Shown piece after piece: positions 23,201 through 34,615 of a stretch of DNA of 64,000 nt. The stretch covers positions 1,446,131 through 1,510,130 of the forward strand of contig NC_134033.1 in NCBI RefSeq assembly GCF_964204645.1, given 5' to 3'. Under the pieces are notes generated by a model that saw nothing but the letters and a program-made list of their open reading frames with translations, ran no database searches and was not told where the DNA came from. The position numbers were made by a program, and so were the translations under genes. The stretch is from Tubulanus polymorphus. Taxonomy: Eukaryota; Animalia; Nemertea. Numbering within the stretch: the stretch's first letter is position 1; each line of letters begins with the position of its first letter.

Positions 23201-26200
23201 GCTGGTGATGACGACACAAGTTCTTTTTTTTTCATTGATGAATTGAAGTTGTTTCTGTTTGTTTTCGTAAGATGTGGATGAATGTAAAACTCTGAAGGTG
23301 CCGTGTAAAGGAATGCCTACATCAACATGTCACAACACGCCCGGATCACACACGTGTAAATGTCCAACTTCGTTTAAATATGACGCCCAGATAGGATGTC
23401 TCGGTAAGTGGCGACTCAGTTCCACATTTGTGTGGATTTAATTTGATTCTGAATCCAGTTCCACAGTTGTGTGGGTTTAATTTGACTCTGAACCCAGTTC
23501 CACAGTTATGTGAATTTAATTTCATTCTGGATCCAGTTCCACAGTTGTGTGGTTTTTGGGTTTAATTTGACAGTTCCACAGTTGTGTGGGTTTGATTTGA
23601 CTCCGGACCCAGTTCCACAGTTGATCATTATTCGTTCATGATGATAATCTATGTTAACAAATGTTAATTTATGATAAGTTAGAACAGTTTATGTTAATTT
23701 ATGAATTCAGCTACAAAGAAAATCGACATAGCGATCGTCGTCGACGTCACGTCTGCTCCAAACGTCGTCAAAGCCAAGAAATTCGTCGAGAATATCGTGA
23801 CGTCTGTTTACGTGCATCCGGACTCCGCCCACGTCGCGATCGTGCCGTTTTCATCCGTCGTGTTGCCAGGGTTACCGCTGAAATCGGGAATCGCCCCTAA
23901 AACGGTGACGACGTTCGCGAACGGCGTCGCACCCCGGACCGGTCAATCAAACGTCTACGAAGCTTTGAAATATCTGAAAACCGATACGTTCACAGCAGGA
24001 AACGGAGCGCGACCGCAAATACCGCGAGCTGTCTTCCTCATTACAGGTGATTATTAATATTCCGTAATCGGAATTTACTTTCGAAAAACGAAATGTGAAA
24101 TTTTTGCCTGGAAAAAAAATGAAATGAAATATTTGAAAACCGTAATATATAAAGGAGAGCCAGATCCACATTTCAGAGTTTGAATTTTGACTGAGTTGCG
24201 GTTGTTAGAAATAAACCGGTTTCAATTCTGTTGAGTCTAACTTTAAATCGTTTGATCTGTTTAAACCAGTAACACTTCCATATTGAATGTGAGTTGTGGA
24301 AATTTTTGTCATTTAGATTTTTTAAAATTTTCTATTCGATTTTCCATCAAATTTTGTCACTGAATTTTTTAAATTTTCAAAAATTTTCTATTTGATTTTC
24401 CATGAAATTTTGTCACTGAATTTTTTTAATTTTTAAAAATTTTCTATTCGATTTTCCATGAAATTTTGTCATTGAATTTTTTTAATTTTTGAAAATTTTC
24501 TGTATGATTTCCATGAAATTGTGTCATCTAAATTTTTTAATTTCTTTAAATTTCCATTAATTTTGTAAAGAATTTTCAATTTCTATAGATTTTCAATTAA
24601 ATGTTTTTATCGATGTTTTCGTCACTTTCTTTCTTTCCTCTCGGCAGACGGACAGTTGAATCCGAAACTTCGCGACGAAATCATCGTCCAGATCAACATT
24701 TTGACGCAACAGAACATACCGATAAACGTCGTTACCACGGATACGACGAACATCGACCAGGACATGATCGACATCATCAACTACCCGGCACTGGCTCCGA
24801 CCGACCTTGGAACGATCAATGTCAACGAGATCGTCAACAATGTCGTCGTCAACGTCGTCAAAGGTCGGTTTTAAATTATATGCGCTCGATTTTTTCAAAA
24901 ATTCGAAAAGAAAAAAAAACTTGCGAAATTCGGCCCTCGGGCGAATATTGTCCAGTAAAGTTCTCGGTCCTACACCGCAAATATTTCACCCTAAGATTCA
25001 AATCTTAACTGAAAAAACTGTTTGAACTGGATCTAAAATCTTGAGCCACAATTCAACAGTCTGTGGCTCAAAATTTTAGATCCAGTCCAAAGAAGTTTAC
25101 AAACATTTGAAATCAGGATCAAATTCGACCCAACTAGATTCGAACGATTTCTTATTATTTTCAGTGATTCAATGCGGACCAGGATTTAAATCGGTTAATA
25201 ACAAATGCCAAGGTTAGTATCTGTTTTAGTAGATGTTTTAGGACTAGCAGAATAAACTTACTTTGGTTGTGTTACCAGAAGCTTACTAATCTTATATGTT
25301 CATACCAGTCTAAGCTCATTTTGGTTCTATAACCAATCTGAACTTCAGACTAGTCTAAGTTCATTTTGCTTCTATAGCCAATCTAACAACTTAAGACCAG
25401 TTGAAGCTCATTTTGGTTCTATAATCGATCTAACAACTTAAGACCAGTCTAAGCTCATTTTGGTTCTATAGCCAATCTAACAACTTAAGACCAGTCTAAA
25501 CTCATTTTAGTTCTATAACCAATCTAACAACTTAAGACCAGTCTAAACTCATTTTGGTTCTATAGCCAATCTAACAACTTAAGACCAGTCTAAACTCATT
25601 TTAGTTCTATAACCAATCTAACAACTTAAGACCAGTCTAAGCTCATTTTGGTTCTATAATCAAGTATTAAGACTAATTTTGATTTAATGATTGAACTAAA
25701 TAATTCCACACCGATCCCTTCATGATATCATTGATTACGTATTACACTATACGACCATGTGTTTATTTGTTACAGATATAAATGAATGTGATCGTCGTCC
25801 CAGTGTTTGTTTACAGGCAGGGACGTGCAAGAATACAGTCGGTTCATACGTCTGTCAATGCGCAGCCGATCAAATCTACGATTCTCACGTCGGATGTCAA
25901 GGTACGCCACCTTTTGTACATTCAACGTACCTTGGCAGGGTGTGACCACTTCATTGGAAACTTGGGAATAATCGATTGTGTAAAAAGAATCTTACGTTGA
26001 TTGTCTGTTTTTCTTTTGATTGTAGCTAAGCAACCGATCGATGTTGTTTTCCTCGTCGACGTTTCACCCATGTCGTCCCCGGCAGCGATCACCAAGGCGA
26101 GAGAATCCATTGTTACGATGATCAAGAAATTGTACATAAATCCGAGTTTCGCTCGTGTTGCTATAGTTACATTCGCCGACGCTTCTGTTGCGAGTACGTC

Positions 26201-29200
26201 AAATTCGCAGATTTTCGGATTGTCGCAATTTCTCGGTAACTGAAGAAAATTATTTTTCGAAATTCAAATTTTAACGGTCGTTTCTGTTGTTTTTTCAAGC
26301 GTTGTCGAGCCTGATGACGACGACGAATTACGATTCGGTGGCGCTAGCTGTCAATCAAATCACGAGACGTGGCAGTAGCTCCACCCCCATCGCTCAAGTT
26401 CTCAAGCACGTGAAGGACGTCATCAAACCGCAATTCCGTTCGAATTCTCATAAAATGGTTTTCTATTTGACCGGACAAGTTTTTACTTCACAACAGAATC
26501 AAATGTAAGCATCGTAACAAATCTTAATTGAATTGAATTGAATGTAGGGTCGTCAATTCTATAGTGAATCTGCTCATTCTCCAGAAATACGCGACTCATC
26601 GAAAACTTCAAGCAAACCGAATCCATCACGTTTATCGTAACGAGTATAATGCCTCGTCCGTCTGCCAGTGGTCCGTCGTCGTCTGTTCAACAGGATCCGC
26701 TTCCACAACCAAACAGAATCATCATCTACGAAGATACGTCTGCCTCGACGATCTGGGGTATCATGATCTGGGTGATTAGATGTGAGTTTAGAACGGTGTC
26801 CAGTTCAACAATAACTGACCCAGTTCCACAGTAACTAGACTCATTTCCACAGTAACTGGACCCAGTTCAACAATAACAACTGGACCTAGTTTCACGGTTC
26901 TTGTCTCAGTTCCGCAACAACTGGACGCAGTTCAACAGTTACCAGACCCAATTCCACAGTTCTGTAACGTTCCACAGTCCTGGATCCAGTTCCAAAATTC
27001 TGTAGTGTTCCACAGTTCTGGATACAGTTCCACAGTTGTGTAGCGTTCCACAGTTGCACGGTTCTGGTTGAAGTAACATGCTAACTTTCGTACATTTTTC
27101 GTTACCATCGTTACAATGATGAATTTTCTTTTTTCCGATTTCAGCTATCAACTGTAACCGTGGACAATACTTCAACAATGGGCGTTGTCAAGGTTAGTTT
27201 ATTTTTCGAGAACCAACCCCCGAGATTGTTGCCTCAGATCCACAATAAGAATAAGTTTATTTTCAAATCTTTACTCGACACTTCTGTTGAATTAGGTCCC
27301 AGTCCATTGAAGCTTTAGGTTCAATCTTTTATAATTTGAGATTTAATTTTTCTGAAATTTCAGATATAAACGAATGTCAATATGGAGCTTGTGGAGCAGG
27401 AGTTCAGTGCACCAATCGCGCTCCAGGATTTACTTGTTCCTGTCCGTCTGGACAAATTTATTCTCCCGAATCCGGATGTGTCAGTAAGTTGCTATAAACC
27501 CGGTTAAATGACAGCGTCCCCGCCGATTAGTGATTCCTGGATATACAGGGTCCCCGCAGATTAGTGATTCCTGGATATACAGGGTCCCTACAGATCGGTC
27601 ATTCCTGGATATACAGGGTCTGCCCTTCAGATCGGTCATTCCTGGATATAGACGGTCCCTACAGATCAGTCATTCCTGGATATACAGGGTCCCTACAGAT
27701 CAGTCATTCCTGGATATACAGGGTCCCTACAGATCAGTCATTCCTGGATATACAGGGTCCCTACAGATCAGTCATTCCTGGATATACAGGGTCCCTACAG
27801 ATCGGTCATTCCTGGATATACAGGATCCCTACAGATCATTGATTACTGGATATACAGGGTCCCTACAGATCAGTCATTCCTGAATATACAGGGCCCCTAC
27901 AGATCGGTCATTCCTGGATATACAGGGTCCCTACAGATCGGTCATTCCTGGATATACAGGATCCCTACAGATCAGTGATTCCAGGATATACAGGGTCCCC
28001 GCAGATCGGTCATTCCTGGACATACAGGGTCCCTACAGATCAGTGATTCCAGGATATACAGGGTCCCCGCAGATCGGTCATTCCTGGATATACAGGGTCC
28101 TACAGATCAGTGATTCCTGGATATACAGGATCCCTACAGATCAGTGATTCCTGGATATACAGGGTCCCTACAGATCAGTGATTCCTGGATATACAGGGTC
28201 CCCGCAGATCGGTCATTCCTGGGTATAATTTTGAAGGAGATCATTTCAAATTTTGATGAAGCGTCTGCATCACTTTCATATCCTAATTACAATAGACTCT
28301 TCTGTTGATCTCAGTAAACCATTAATGCAGTGGTTTTATGAACATAAACTAATACCTATACACTCAGTTTCTAATTCGGTAACTATTCAAAATTACTCCG
28401 AATGAGGTACCGGCAGCACACGCCAGATGGCGCAACACTCAGTTATTCGTCGCGAAAATAAATAATGAAAATCAATAATCGATTTGTTTGTTGCAGTAAA
28501 TAAACCGGTGGATATAGCGTTCATGTTGGACGCGTCGTCAGCGGTTACCAGAGAACAATTCCAGAAAGCGGTCAGTTTCGTCGGTCAATCGCTATCGAAG
28601 ATCAAGATCAGTAACAATGCGGCACGAGTTTTAATCTCTACAATTTACGGGTACGTTTTATCAGACAGAAGACACTGAACACATGTGAAGTGTGGACGAT
28701 CAGTTTATGAAAGTGAGCTGATAAAATGTCTAATATCTGGTGTTTGTAGTTCATTTTCAATTAAAAATGTCTTATGTGAAGCACTGAACACGTGTGAAGT
28801 GTGGACGATCTGTTTTTGAAAGTGCGCTGATAAAATGTCTAATGTCTGGTGTTTGTAGTTCATTTTCAATTAGAAATGTCTCAGGTGAAGCACTGGACAC
28901 ATGTGAAGTGTGGACGATCAGTTTTTGAAAGTGTGCTGATAAAATGTCTAATATCTGGTGTTTGTAGTTCATTTTCAATTAGAAATGTCTCAGGTGAAGC
29001 ACTGAACACATGTGAAGTGTGGACGATCTGTTTTTGAAAGTGCGCTGATAAAATGTCTAATGTCTGGTGTTTGTAGTTCATTTTCAATTAGAAATGTCTC
29101 GGGTGAAGTACTGAACACATGTGAGATGTGGAAGATCAGTTTTTGAAAGTGTGCTGATAAAATGTCTAATATCTGGTGTTTGTAGTTCATTTTCAATCAA

Positions 29201-32200
29201 AAATGTCTCAGGTGAAGCATTGAACACATGTGAAGTGTGGACGATCAGTTTTTGAAAGTGTGCTGATAAAATGTCTAATATCTGGTGTTTGTAGTTCATT
29301 TTCAATCAAAAATGTCTCAGGTGAAGCATTGAACACATGTGAAGTGTGGACGATCAGTTTTTGAAAGTGTGCTGATAAAATGTCTAATATCTGGTGTTTG
29401 TAGTTCATTTTCAATCAAAAATGTCTCAGGTGAAGCACTGAACACATGTGAAGTGTGGACGATCAGTTTTTGAAAGTGTGCTGATAAAATGTCTAATATC
29501 TGGTGTTTGTAGTTCATTTTCAATCAAAAATGTCTCAGGTGAAGCACTGAACACATGTGAAGCTAACATAAAACCATCTTCGTAATTTGTTTATAGAGTG
29601 AGTGGTAATCGTCAGAGTCTGACGTTAGCTCAATTGTGGGGTCGACAAGGTGATAACGCGTACGTCGAATCCACTCTAAGTCAACTGAAATACAACGGAG
29701 GTCCATCGAAGGGAGTCCTAGCTAAAATCCTCAGTAGCGCTTACACGCTGTTACCAGCAGGTAAATAATGACAACAGTTTCATAGTCTTTTTATAACTAA
29801 AATCGAACTACATGTATAGCATACAACTCTGTAAATTGGTTCTGTATTTTTCAAAGATTTCTATACTTTTTTCTTCAATTTGTTTCTGATAAAGGAAATC
29901 GACCGAAGATCGTAGTCGTTGTCGGAGCTGGAATGTACCCGAATGATGGTTCAGTATTGCAAGGTCTTTACGACGCTATGGGCGTTTTGAACCGGGGTAA
30001 GTGTCGGCCGAAATCTGTGAAACTGCCTCCATGAAATAGTCATCGATCTGTAAGCGTGGACCCTTTCAAACACCACAACAATGGGTAGACCTGGATGATC
30101 AGTTTTTGAAAGTGTGCTGATAAGTTGTCCATCTGGGGCCAGTTGTTCAAAAGTTGGTTACAGTTAACCAGTGGATAGTTGACATGGTGACAATTAAAAG
30201 TCCATTGTTACTATGATATTTATCCAACGGTTATCTTTTACCAACCTTTGAGCAACTGGCCCCTGGTGTTTATGGTGTATTTTCAATTAGGAATGTCTCG
30301 GGGTGAAATCCTGTGGCTGCAGTTGCTCAAAAGTTTGTTAGATTTTGTCCAGTGTATGGTTGATATATTGACAGTTAAAAGTTCACAGTTACTGTCGTTT
30401 TTATCCACCGCGGTTATCTATAACCAAGTTATGAGCAACTGCAATGTGAAGTGTGGACCGAGGGTGTGCAGGCTACAGGCTACAAGCTACAGATTAATAT
30501 CTATATTATTCGATTTCAACTCAATATTTTTACGGTTTTTTTATCACCAGGAATTCGATTTTTCGGAGTCACCTTCGATAAAAGCAAAGCCGCCGAAATG
30601 CTCTACTCTCACATTTCATACCGCAATCTCTTTAATCCGTCTGCCGCCGAGGTAACCACCTGGATTTCCGACATCATCATCAGTAAGTGAATTCTAGTTT
30701 TTCTCTGCGTGAATTCTTTAAATTTCCATCAAGAATCAGGACCCGGTTCGACAGTATTCGCCGATAAAGTGAAAACCTTGTTTTTCGACCTAGTTCCACT
30801 GTGGAACACACTAGTGGACTACCGGTGACTTCGAGGTGAAAAAGTTCATTTTCCTCTTGACAATAAATCTTAACTCACGATCGAGTTGGGTCCAGGTTTT
30901 AGTCCGCGATAAGAAGACTTAATCTCATCGTAAATGATGTTTATTTTTAATGTGATGTTTGTAACATTTCCAGACACTCAATGTCCTAACGGTCAGGTTC
31001 GAGTTGGAAATAAATGTCAAGGTAGGTAACTAGTAACTAGTTGTGACTATTTCCAGTCGTGATAAAACGATAAAACTTGTTTAAATTGATAGATTTCTCA
31101 TTACAAATACATTGAATTGTGAACATGATTGATTTCAATCTTTAGAATTATCGTTCTTCGTTGTTATACGTATATATATATACGAAAGGCTCGTATTCGG
31201 TTTCTAATTTTTCTAGGACTGAATGAATGTCAAAAATTTAAACCGTGCGGTGTTTCGTCGCAGAGAGTTTGTACCGATAAACCGATTGGTTTCGCGTGTT
31301 CGTGTAAATCAGGCGTCATGGATCCGTTCAAGATTTGTACTTGTAAGTTTCTTTGATTCTTCAATTGAACTATCGGTTAGGGATCATTCATTTATTACGT
31401 ACGCATAAAATTTGAATTTTTCAACCCCCCCTCCCCCTCTGTACGCAAAATCGGCCATTTTATCATATACATTAAGCATTACAGTACACAATTGCACTGA
31501 CCCCCCCCCCCCTAATGCGTACGTAATAAATGAATGACCCCTTATAAGGAACAGATTTTCTGTTGCCCTGAGGTTCCGCTGTATATAGAACTATCGGTTA
31601 TATCGGTTCAACTTAGTTCTATAGCCAATCTAACAACTTAAGACCGGTCTTAAGACTAAAGACCACATTTGGACTTAAGTCATGACTGTGCAACTCGCCC
31701 CAGATCTTACGACTTATCCAAATGACTTAGTAAATCGAATTAGAAATATGTACAAATAGAGATGACTTCAGTTGAATTATCCAAATGAAGACTTGCACCG
31801 TTATTTCAACCCTGTATAAAAACTAATAAATGGTAATAATTTCAGCGTCTTCAAACAGTAATTCAGTCGGTGGTTCCTCGAGTTTCCGTTGCATTTCCGG
31901 AATCACCCAGAAAGTTTATAAAGACGGTGATAGGTGGACAGACGTCTGCGTGAACTACAGGTGCGACGCCAGTCAAAGAAAAGCCGTCCTCGAATCATTC
32001 CGTAAGTGTTTCATTTTGCTCTGAGATTGCGCTATAGAATCAAACAGTTTCCATTTATGTTTTACGTATTTGGCTTGGTGTTAATTGATCGGATTCAAGT
32101 CAAGGTAAACAAATTGGGAATAGTCGGGAAACACTATGTATACATGTCATTCCCCGGCAGGGAGGGAGGATGCCACCCTGTCACCCTTCCCTGGCAGGGA

Positions 32201-32543
32201 GGGAGGATGCCACCCTGTCACCCTCCCCCGGTAGGGAGGGAGGATGCCATTCTATCACCCTCCCCTGGCAAACAGGATTCCACCCTGTAACCCCCCTAGC
32301 AGGGAGGAAAGATGACACCCTCCCCCAACAAGGAGGATGCCACCCTGTCAAAACATTTTTCTAATCTCTTTTCTAGAATGTAACACCGGCACGAACGCGA
32401 AGCCGGTTTGCGTCGCGAACGGCAGCACAAACCCGCGCGGCGATCAAACGTGTACGTGTACTGCAACTCGTTCGGGAGACCGAATTAGTCACAGTCTAGA
32501 GTGCTACTATAGCAACAACTTCTACGCATCGCTCGGTCGTTAA
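2205..32543 (+). CDS. Secreted matrilin/cartilage-matrix-like protein (about 2555 aa): signal peptide, 8 vWA, 10 EGF/cbEGF, 13 truncated 4-Cys cbEGF, C-terminal Cys-rich (VWC/FN1-like) domain
   Basis: 58 phase-consistent GT-AG exons totalling 7668 nt: 2205-2268, 3015-3207, 4113-4232, 4890-5131, 5542-5601, 6072-6092, 6460-6701, 7851-8070, 8755-8907, 9706-9756, 10113-10238, 10656-10871, 11373-11507, 12010-12195, 12315-12368, 12561-12683, 14039-14292, 14741-14918, 15391-15567, 15661-15783, 16225-16487, 16874-17018, 17135-17299, 17384-17431, 17831-17908, 18058-18144, 18503-18583, 18669-18755, 18847-18924, 19096-19224, 19550-19636, 20267-20347, 20437-20523, 20613-20690, 20983-21111, 21195-21281, 21897-21977, 22071-22157, 22247-22324, 22778-22906, 23272-23403, 23711-24046, 24648-24863, 25165-25212, 25776-25901, 26026-26193, 26300-26504, 26585-26781, 27145-27192, 27364-27483, 28497-28650, 29597-29760, 29895-29996, 30551-30682, 30974-31021, 31217-31342, 31846-32001, 32377-32543. 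The N-terminus MNIWAAAVVLVCVAQSVTETQ is signal-peptide-like. vWA motifs include LLFIMDESSC..TRVSVITF..GGATNT and DIAFMLDASS; cbEGF repeats begin DINEC. AATAAA signals lie near 32627 and 32644. Confidence 0.9.
2510..2958. repeat. (TTCG)n microsatellite, about 110 units, in the intron after the signal-peptide exon
   Basis: Near-perfect tetranucleotide run with two CGCG interruptions. Confidence 0.98.
3664..3745. other. Long inverted-repeat hairpin next to a tRNA B-box-like motif
   Basis: Arms are ATCCTCGCTCGCGCTAGGGTTTGATTGCC and GGCAATCAAACCCTGGCAAGCGAAGAT. GGTTCGAATCC lies on the minus strand at about 3752-3762. Confidence 0.6.
5149..5407. mobile_element. Non-autonomous piggyBac-like MITE (family also at about 11575-11860 and 63448-63722)
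   Basis: Termini CCCTTTCAGTGC...GCATTGAAAGGG and internal ACACCGCAGTGCGGTGT-type palindromes. It matches the reverse complement of the 63448 copy, which has a TTAA flank. Confidence 0.7.
5644..5832. mobile_element. Dispersed hAT-like MITE (second copy at about 41233-41387)
   Basis: Both loci share caggcg..gttggaagca..gccgcggcgaatttactt..aaaaacgtg..gccactg. Confidence 0.55.
7460..7638. mobile_element. MITE inserted into a local duplicate
   Basis: TIRs GGGTGGGCGCAG / CTGCGCCTGCCC. The element interrupts a sequence that is uninterrupted at 7251-7290. Confidence 0.7.
8075..8722. repeat. Degenerate intronic tandem repeat (AAACTAATCATAATTTTGCTGAAT core; related array at 14310-14700)
   Basis: Repeated core with roughly 130-bp higher-order units. 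Confidence 0.85.
9100..9645. repeat. About 117-bp tandem repeat, about 4 copies (also at 19380-19475 and 23065-23220)
   Basis: cagggaatttgaatttttggtgtcttg...aaggaacctcttgataagaaacagccctcactgaggatatc is repeated. Confidence 0.9.
9488..9620. mobile_element. MITE with GGGCCCGGTTTCA TIRs (relative at about 40253-40406)
   Basis: AGGGCCCGGTTTCA...TGAAACTGGGCCCT interrupts the last unit of the 117-bp repeat. Confidence 0.75.
10260..10500. repeat. CCAGTTCCACAGTT-core minisatellite family (also 15015-15305, 16590-16830, 23415-23625, 26800-27060, 33140-33225, 54060-54440)
   Basis: The same 14-bp core is arrayed with periods of about 20-42 bp at seven loci. Confidence 0.9.
11025..11257. mobile_element. 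hAT-like MITE with GGGTGGCGCCAC TIRs
   Basis: GGGTGGCGCCACT...AGTGGCGCCACCCTG. A homologous, longer copy lies at about 12740-13499. Confidence 0.7.
12757..13178. repeat. 80-bp tandem repeat (5 copies) inside a hAT-like MITE
   Basis: Units start at about 12769, 12850, 12930, 13010, 13090 and 13170. The host element ends AGTGGCGCCACCCTG at about 13499. Confidence 0.9.
13581..13980. mobile_element. Penelope-like fragment bracketed by about 75-bp inverted repeats
   Basis: 13581-13657 is the reverse complement of about 13893-13980, and the interval encloses an intact hammerhead motif. Confidence 0.6.
13737..13778 (-). ncRNA. Minimal type I hammerhead ribozyme with a GUC site
   Basis: ACAC-CUGACGA-U-GAUCUC(UAGGGU)GAGAUC-GAAA-CG-UC-GUGU; all core nucleotides and stems I and II are intact. 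Confidence 0.85.
15946..16057. mobile_element. Harbinger-like MITE with CAG TSD
   Basis: cag|GATCCAGGTCCACAGTCGTGAGTT...AACTCACAACTGTGGAACTGGGTC|cag. Confidence 0.7.
17455..17800. repeat. Dispersed/tandem AAATCCCCCTATGACATCATC repeat family (also 52690-53060 inverted and 62380-62700)
   Basis: The same core is repeated several times at each of three loci. Confidence 0.85.
19857..20217. mobile_element. piggyBac-like non-autonomous element (duplicate at about 21484-21847)
   Basis: TTAA|CCCTTTCAATGC...CACTGAAAGGG. Present in cassettes 2 and 3 but not in the equivalent intron of cassette 1. Confidence 0.65.
22499..22635. mobile_element. Harbinger-like MITE with CTG TSD (partial inverted copy at about 31610-31703)
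   Basis: ctg|GGGCCAGTTGCA...TGCAACCGGCCC|ctg. Confidence 0.8.
24300..24560. repeat. AT-rich about 58-bp tandem repeat
   Basis: attttccatgaaattttgtcactgaattttt is repeated about 4 times. Confidence 0.8.
25300..25660. repeat. 47-bp minisatellite (same family as 58465-58786 and 61037-61857, opposite orientation)
   Basis: Units read aagctcattttggttctatagccaatctaacaacttaagaccagtct. Confidence 0.95.
27525..28222. repeat. 34-bp minisatellite, about 20 copies
   Basis: Units read acagatcagtcattcctggatatacagggtccct. Confidence 0.95.
28670..29562. repeat. 109-bp tandem repeat, about 8 copies
   Basis: Units read gaagcactgaacacatgtgaagtgtggacgatcag...aatgtctcaggt. A degenerate copy lies at 30090-30310. 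Confidence 0.95.
30136..30262. mobile_element. Harbinger-like MITE with CTG TSD (related element at about 30318-30442)
   Basis: ctg|GGGCCAGTTGTTCAAAAGTTGGT...ACCAACCTTTGAGCAACTGGCCC|ctg. It is inserted in a 109-bp repeat unit whose empty site (atctggtgttt) is visible in the array. Confidence 0.85.
31380..31541. mobile_element. PIF/Harbinger MITE with TTA TSD
   Basis: tta|GGGATCATTCATTTATTACGTACGCA...TGCGTACGTAATAAATGAATGACCCC|tta. Confidence 0.85.
32150..32350. repeat. GC-rich degenerate minisatellite in the last intron
   Basis: Repeats of ggcagggagggaggatgccaccctgtcaccct. Confidence 0.8.
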
Positions 32544-32796
32544 AATGGCCGCCGCCGCCGCCGTCTGCTCGCGAGAATCGATACGATTCCCTTCGATGGA
32601 TTCTTACCAGTAAGATGAATAATAACAATAAAATATTCAATTGAATAAATCGACGTTTTATTTTCATGGTTTCGGTTTTTTCTAACCCGCATGATTTTAA
32701 TTTCATTTTTCCGCTCAATATTTCGGGTTTTCAGACCGAGACCCGAGATTGTAGAGTTCGATCTCTTAAAGTTAAAAATCAGCTCATTTCTGATGA

Positions 32797-33005
32797 GGCT
32801 AGAAAAATTGATACCTTGTTTCTCATTTTGGCCAAGTTGACCCGGCCGGTCGGCTATCTCTACCCTGTACATCCATTTTCAAAAATCTTGATTGAGCTAA
32901 TAATATCAGCCCCGGCAGCTATAGAAACGCTAATTCTATATTTTAATGCTGTTTGCATGATGGCTCAGCCATTTAGCCGAGATACAAGGTATAACTTTTT
33001 TAGCC
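32797..33005. mobile_element. Harbinger-like MITE (second copy at 44643-44862)
   Basis: TIRs GGCTA..AATTGATACCTTGTTTCTC / GAGA.ACAAGGT...TAGCC, with shared internal gacccggccggc..atctaccc. The 44643 copy has a TTA TSD. Confidence 0.7.
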
Positions 33006-34615
33006 TAAGGTTTTAACTTTCAAGCCAACAAATTTGAACCCAAGAAAGTCGAGGTTTTGACATGTAAGTTCGCGCAGATCAGCCATTCATGGATTTTAAG
33101 GAGTTCTAATGGCGAATTGGAGTCCGTAGAACTCGACACTTAACTGTGGAATTGGATCCAGGTGGAACTGTGGAGCTAGATCCAATAACTGTGGAACTGG
33201 GTTCAGCGGAACTAGATCCAACTGTAAGGGTCCCTACGGATCGGTCGTTCCTAGATATAAGGAGTTTTAAAGGAACAAACTTCAATTCTCGAGGAAGCGT
33301 CTGCATCACTTTCATATCCCGATTACAGTAGACTCCTAAAACGGTACTGTTTATCTCAGTAAACCATTAATTTAGTGATTTTGTTGGCAAATTTTTATCA
33401 TTAGCCTAATTGGGTAAAAATATCCTGGTCCCAAAAAACTTCTTTCCATTTATGAGTTTTAAAAGAATCAAGGAGTCATAGGGACCTTCAGAGTTTGTGA
33501 CAATGAACCCTGACCTTGTAAGCAGAGTCCAGGGCATGTGAAAGTCAGGGGCATAAAACTCTCTGGCCCAAAAGCAAGGCGAGTCCTGGGCAATAACTTA
33601 AGGCAAACAGCTCCGTTGTCCAAAAGCAAGGCGAGTCCTGGTCATGTGATAATCCAAGGGCAAACAGTTCCGACGCCCAAAACCAAACTCACAACTGAAT
33701 TGAGAACTGATTATACTTTAATATATGAATGATTTTATTAATTTTTTACAATCTGATCATCGCGACCAATTATAACATTTACAAAAGTCACAAAAAACTT
33801 CCTTTCGTTTCTCTCAACATCGCGACAAAAACTGACAAAGACAATTTCATTCCTTCTTATGATTTAGGAAGGGAACCCCAAAACCGTTATAAAAAATATG
33901 TAGATTACCCGAAAATATCTTACTAACTGCACTGGTTTTTACAATATACCGAGGGAGGGGGGAACATACAATTGAGCACAAAATATGAGGCAATAATTAA
34001 ACACCTAATATACAAATTCACAATACACCTTTAAATGATAAAATCAACGTAATAAAAATATCGAGAGAAAATCAAACTAATGAAATTAAGACAAAATTTG
34101 GGCCGAAATAAGAAAGACCTTGAATCAGACCCTCAAACCTGCACTCGTCTCTGTATCAATCCAGGTTCTATTAGTTAATTATAATTAGCATAAGGATTTC
34201 ATGTAACGCCCGTTCTGATTGGCCGATTTGAAATGCGAGATATCGATCATGAATTACAGTTTTTGAAAGTCGAATGAATCTGTAAATCATCTAAAGCTTC
34301 GACCTCAAACCCTCGTCAAGAATCTTTAATCGTCGAAATTCATCTAATGTCTCGACCTCACTCATCTCTAAAAGCTGTAATTCATCTAAAGTTTTGACCT
34401 CTAGAGTTGTTACTCAACTCATAGAGTTGTAACTCATGTAGAGCTGTAATTCATCTAAAGTTTCAACCGATCTCAAACTAAAAGGTAAATTCATGTAGAA
34501 CTCCGACTTATGTAGAGCTGTAATTCATCTAAAGCATTGACCTCTAGAGTCAATCCATCTAGTACTCCAACTCATGCTGTAAATTAAATTTAAAGTTCTA
34601 AAGTTTCAACCGATC

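Noticed and set aside
26194-26243. Longer version of exon 46 ending at the downstream CTCG|GTAACT donor
   Set aside because: It is in phase, but the 26193 donor aligns better with the other vWA domains. Kept only as a possible alternative.
27530-29523. Repetitive ORFs (IPGYTGSLQ..., MKMNYKHQ...)
   Set aside because: Translations of the 34-bp and 109-bp intronic tandem repeats, with no splice or protein-family support.
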